DNA of 63,267 nucleotides from Clostridiales bacterium (GTDB lineage Bacteria; Bacillota; Clostridia; Lachnospirales; CAMVHY01): NCBI GenBank assembly GCA_031265515.1, contig JAISCN010000047.1, positions 1 to 63,267 of the forward strand, read 5' to 3'. Shown piece by piece: positions 60,423 to 63,267 of this stretch (position 1 is its first letter; each line of letters starts with the position of its first letter). The notes under the pieces were generated by a model. It saw only the letters and a program-made list of their open reading frames with translations, ran no database searches and was not told where the DNA came from. The position numbers and the translations under genes were made by a program.

Positions 60423-61592
60423 TTGAAATTTCTAAAATTAAAATTTTTAATGTTTTATATATTTATTTTTTTGTTGTTAATTAAAAAAAATATTATCGCT
60501 AGTGAAAAATTTTTAAAATCCAACGAAATTTTTGCGATTGGCAGTGTGTTAATGGATTCATACAGTGGTCGTATATTATGGGAAAAAAATTACAAAAAAC
60601 CTCTTGCAATGGCTAGCACTACTAAAATTATGACTGCAATTTTTGCTATAGAGAAATCTAAAAATTTAGACAAAATTATTTGTATAGATAAAAGTATAAT
60701 TGGAATACCAAAAGTTAAAATGGATTTAGTTCCTGGAGAAAAAATAGAATTAAGAAATTTATTATATGCTTTAATGCTGCAATCATCGAACGATGCGGCG
60801 GTTGCCATAGCAAAAAATATTTCTGGAAGTGTTGATAAATTTTGTGAAGATATAACAAAAAAAGCAAAAAAAATCGGCGCAGAAAATACTGTTTTTAAAA
60901 CGCCAAACGGTTTAGATAAAGATGATCATCATTCGACTGCTTATGATATGGCAAAAGTAACTAGATACGCCCTTAAAAATAAAAAATTTATTGATATAAT
61001 TAATACTCCAAATATTAGTTTTAAAACCAATAAAAAATCTTATTTAATAAATAATAAAAATAGATTATTAAAAGAATTTAAAGGTGCAAATGGTGTTAAA
61101 ACTGGTTTTACTGGAAAAGCTGGCAATTGTTTTGTTGGATCGGCAAAAAGAAATGGTATGCAATTAATTTCAGTAGTTTTAGGTTCTGGTTGGGGAAATT
61201 CTGGACGAGAAAACAAATGGACAGATACTAAAAAAATATTAAATTACGGATTCGAAAATTTTGCTTACAAAAAAATTTTTTACAAAAATCAAATTGCGGC
61301 TAGAGTTGAAGTTTTAAATTCTCGTAAAAAAACTTTAGACTTAATTTTTAACAAAGATTTAATTTTGCCATTATGTGACGACGATAAGATACGTGTAGTT
61401 TTAAAAATACCCGATGCTTTGGATGCACCAATAATTAAAAACAAAGTATTGGGCAAAGCTATAGTTTTTATTAACAATAAAACTATTAGTGAATTAAATT
61501 TAATATCAAATCAAAATATCGCAAGACATGATTTCAAAAATTCTATAAAAAAAATATTTAGATCTTGGATTAAAATTAAATTAGAAATTTAA
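60423..61592 (+). CDS. D-alanyl-D-alanine carboxypeptidase (second PBP5-type paralog)
   Basis: 389 aa. It has a signal peptide, SxxK 'STTKIMT', SxN 'SSND' and KTG 'KTGFT'. The start is uncertain (TTG 60423 versus a downstream ATG). Confidence 0.9.
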   Translation: MKFLKLKFLMFYIFIFLLLIKKNIIASEKFLKSNEIFAIGSVLMDSYSGRILWEKNYKKPLAMASTTKIMTAIFAIEKSKNLDKIICIDKSIIGIPKVKMDLVPGEKIELRNLLYALMLQSSNDAAVAIAKNISGSVDKFCEDITKKAKKIGAENTVFKTPNGLDKDDHHSTAYDMAKVTRYALKNKKFIDIINTPNISFKTNKKSYLINNKNRLLKEFKGANGVKTGFTGKAGNCFVGSAKRNGMQLISVVLGSGWGNSGRENKWTDTKKILNYGFENFAYKKIFYKNQIAARVEVLNSRKKTLDLIFNKDLILPLCDDDKIRVVLKIPDALDAPIIKNKVLGKAIVFINNKTISELNLISNQNIARHDFKNSIKKIFRSWIKIKLEI

Positions 61593-61641
61593 AAATTTTA
61601 TATCAAAGTAAAATTAAATATGATTCAAAAAATATATTTTT

Positions 61642-62667
61642 TTAATCTTGATTTGGAGTAAGTAACGTAGTTTTTTTCGGAAATTTCAAAAATTTTATGA
61701 TAACAGCAGCTATTAATAGACATGCTAGGATAGGCGAAAGATTTTTCAATAATTCGATTCCCAAAGTTATTTTTTCAAATCCGCCGTTTGATAAAATTAA
61801 CCCGATAGTTGCACCTAATCCAGCCAAAATTAACAAAGCAGAAGCAATTTTAGCACTTCGAGGTATTTTTTCTTGCGGCGAAGAATTTTCTTGTGGATCA
61901 CATGATTTTATTAATTGTCCAGTTTCTTGATGTTGATCTGGTTTACTTTCATTTGTTGATATTGGATTTTTTCTTATTAATCGTTTTCGCTTTTTGGGTT
62001 GTTGTGTTTCTATATGTGATAACTCTACTACTTGCAATTTATTCAATAATGTTGGAGGAATCAATCCTAATACTTCTTGAAGACAACTGCTGTTATTTAG
62101 AGAATTCAGGGTAGAAATTACCTGAGATGGAGTTAACAAAACTTCTCTTGGTAATCCTGATGGTGTTGCTGTTTCAATTCCAAAATAAAATTTTAATAGC
62201 CTCGCATATTTATCATTAATATGTTTTCCGCCATATCCTAAAATAATTTCATCCCATATTTTTCTTCCCCTTACTTCACAAAAATTATCAAAAATCTTCA
62301 TGATGTTTTGCATTAATGATTGATTATCTGGATTTTGCAAAAAAAATTGAGTCCTGTTAGTATCTGTGAAAGTGTAAGTAAAAATTAAATAAGACATTGA
62401 TAAAATCATAAAAAAAATATCGAATAGCTCTGCGTATTGATCGTTTACTGAATACATTGTACTTAATTTTGAGTTTGGTTTCATAGCAACATTATAAAGT
62501 GCTAGAAAATTGTCACCTAAATTAAATTTCCCAGGACAACCACCAGCTTGCATTGAACAAAACATACGTAAATCGTCTTTTGGTAAACTTGTGAAGTATT
62601 TAATAATTTCAAACCGCGCACTTCGATCAACACCAACTACTAGATCTAATTTACTGATTTCGCTCAC
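61642..62667 (-). CDS. Orphan 341-aa protein: N-terminal globular part, basic PKKRKR patch, Q/P/S-rich linker and a C-terminal two-helix hydrophobic hairpin
   Basis: The GTG start has AGGAG 8 nt upstream. 'QQPKKRKRLIRK' lies at aa 222-233 (verified at DNA level, 61981-62004). Hydrophobic helices lie at aa ~272-296 and ~309-327. There is no signal peptide. The 62101-62160 sample is 37% GC. Confidence 0.75.
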   Translation of the reverse strand: MSEISKLDLVVGVDRSARFEIIKYFTSLPKDDLRMFCSMQAGGCPGKFNLGDNFLALYNVAMKPNSKLSTMYSVNDQYAELFDIFFMILSMSYLIFTYTFTDTNRTQFFLQNPDNQSLMQNIMKIFDNFCEVRGRKIWDEIILGYGGKHINDKYARLLKFYFGIETATPSGLPREVLLTPSQVISTLNSLNNSSCLQEVLGLIPPTLLNKLQVVELSHIETQQPKKRKRLIRKNPISTNESKPDQHQETGQLIKSCDPQENSSPQEKIPRSAKIASALLILAGLGATIGLILSNGGFEKITLGIELLKNLSPILACLLIAAVIIKFLKFPKKTTLLTPNQD

Positions 62668-62865
62668 AAATAAATCTCCTGTTAAGTTCGAACTTTTTTA
62701 CTATATAATTATAAGATATTTTCAACTATTTAGATAGTTTTTATTTAATTTATTTTGTACAAATTTCATAAAACAAACATTATTTTAAAAAATATTCGAA
62801 TAAAAAATAAATTTTTGTAAAAAAATATCTCTGAATTGTTTTCAACAAAAGGAGATAAACATAAA

Positions 62866-63267
62866 ATGGTCTACAAACAACGTAGTTCTAGAGAGAGAGA
62901 GAGAGAGAGATTTACTTTTCGTAATATTTTTTCTTTTGTCTTTTTAACTTTACTTTTTATTTTTTTATTTAATTTTAATTTTAATAGAAAAAATGTTTTT
63001 GCGGTGGAAAAATCGTCACGAGACTTATCAGACCACGATCCTTATGTTTTTAAATTTGAGATTGAAACAACAGAAGATAATGAAATTTATTATGTTCCTA
63101 CACAAGGACGAGTAGGTGGAAGTTTTAATGATTATAACTGGGATATTAATTGGGGAGATGACAGAACAGAAGAAGATATAAAAAGAGAAGAAAGCGATCC
63201 TGATCCTAGCAATTCCGGAATAAAACATACTTATGAAAATCCCGGATCATATATCATCGCTTTAACA
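62866..63267 (+). CDS. Surface-type repeat protein, paralog of 16119-17999, 5' part only (runs off the right edge). It has a signal/anchor peptide and a (GA)10 tract.
   Basis: This ORF is not in the supplied track. My translation from ATG 62866 (GGAG at 62851) is MVYKQRSSRERERERFTFRNIFSFVFLTLLFIFLFNFNFNRKNVFAVEKSSRDLSDHDPYVFKFEIETTEDNEIYYVPTQGRVGGSFNDYNWDINWGDD...GIKHTYENPGSYIIALT. It is collinear with 'GPYIFKFEVTIPEENKTFHVPTQGKVGGNFNDYNWNIDWGDG...GIEHIYKETKKYIITLT' of the 626-aa protein. Confidence 0.8.
   Translation, partial: MVYKQRSSRERERERFTFRNIFSFVFLTLLFIFLFNFNFNRKNVFAVEKSSRDLSDHDPYVFKFEIETTEDNEIYYVPTQGRVGGSFNDYNWDINWGDDRTEEDIKREESDPDPSNSGIKHTYENPGSYIIALT
62891..62910 (+). repeat. (GA)10 dinucleotide microsatellite inside the 5' coding region (codons 9-15, RERERER)
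   Basis: The sequence reads 'tcta gagagagaga gagagagaga ttt'. It lies between the start codon and the hydrophobic signal/anchor segment. Confidence 0.97.

Noticed and set aside
63028-63228. A 66-aa minus-strand ORF at the right edge.
   Set aside because: It is antisense to the plus-strand partial CDS (62866-63267), whose translation is collinear with the 626-aa paralog.

Overview
This is a very AT-rich chromosomal segment. Hand-counted 60-nt samples give about 22% GC in lineage-specific or intergenic DNA and 33-42% in conserved genes.

The source looks like an endospore-forming, Clostridia-like Firmicute with a compact, probably reduced genome. A segmented-filamentous-bacterium/Arthromitus-like organism is possible, but that is only a guess.

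The backbone is ordinary housekeeping and sporulation content:
- gyrA, a PHP phosphatase, pgi, a CNNM/TlyC-like protein
- prfA, dnaK-grpE, murA, ftsY
- a tRNA-Asn/Glu/Cys cluster, mnmG, a YitT-like protein, an O-antigen-ligase-like protein, spoVB
- spoIIAA-spoIIAB-sigF, lemA, traX-like, clpC, a TrmH-family methyltransferase, comEC
- a SpoIID-domain protein with four peptidoglycan-binding repeats, spoVT
- two DD-carboxypeptidases, mreCD, galE, obg, rpsF-ssb-rpsR, feoAB

The most interesting content is a set of orphan genes sitting in long AT-rich non-coding pockets. Their amino-acid and nucleotide composition (35-50% GC, poor in K/N/I) does not look like neighbouring lineage-specific genes, and they have effector-like or eukaryote-like architecture:
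1. 3509-6538(-): a PPP-like metallophosphatase fused to nine helical repeats, a proline-rich linker and a C-terminal two-helix hydrophobic hairpin.
2. 7106-9418(+): a divergently transcribed 770-aa orphan.
3. 54890-57589(+): an 899-aa protein built from about 40-residue helical repeats.
4. 61642-62667(-): a 341-aa protein with a PKKRKR basic patch and the same C-terminal hairpin.

Other notable signals:
- A PKD-like/F-x-x-M-F-x-x-C-repeat surface-protein family has two members here. One carries a (GA)10 tract in its 5' coding region (candidate phase switch). The other has lost its signal peptide.
- At least four genes (obg, ftsY, spoIIAA and a small membrane protein) appear to start at ATT behind good Shine-Dalgarno sites.
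- There are decay scars: an addB remnant, frameshifted Rpn-family nuclease fragments, and a traX-like A6 frameshift.

No CRISPR array, rRNA, prophage or recognisable defence operon was seen. All homology calls come from motif recognition by eye, not from searches.
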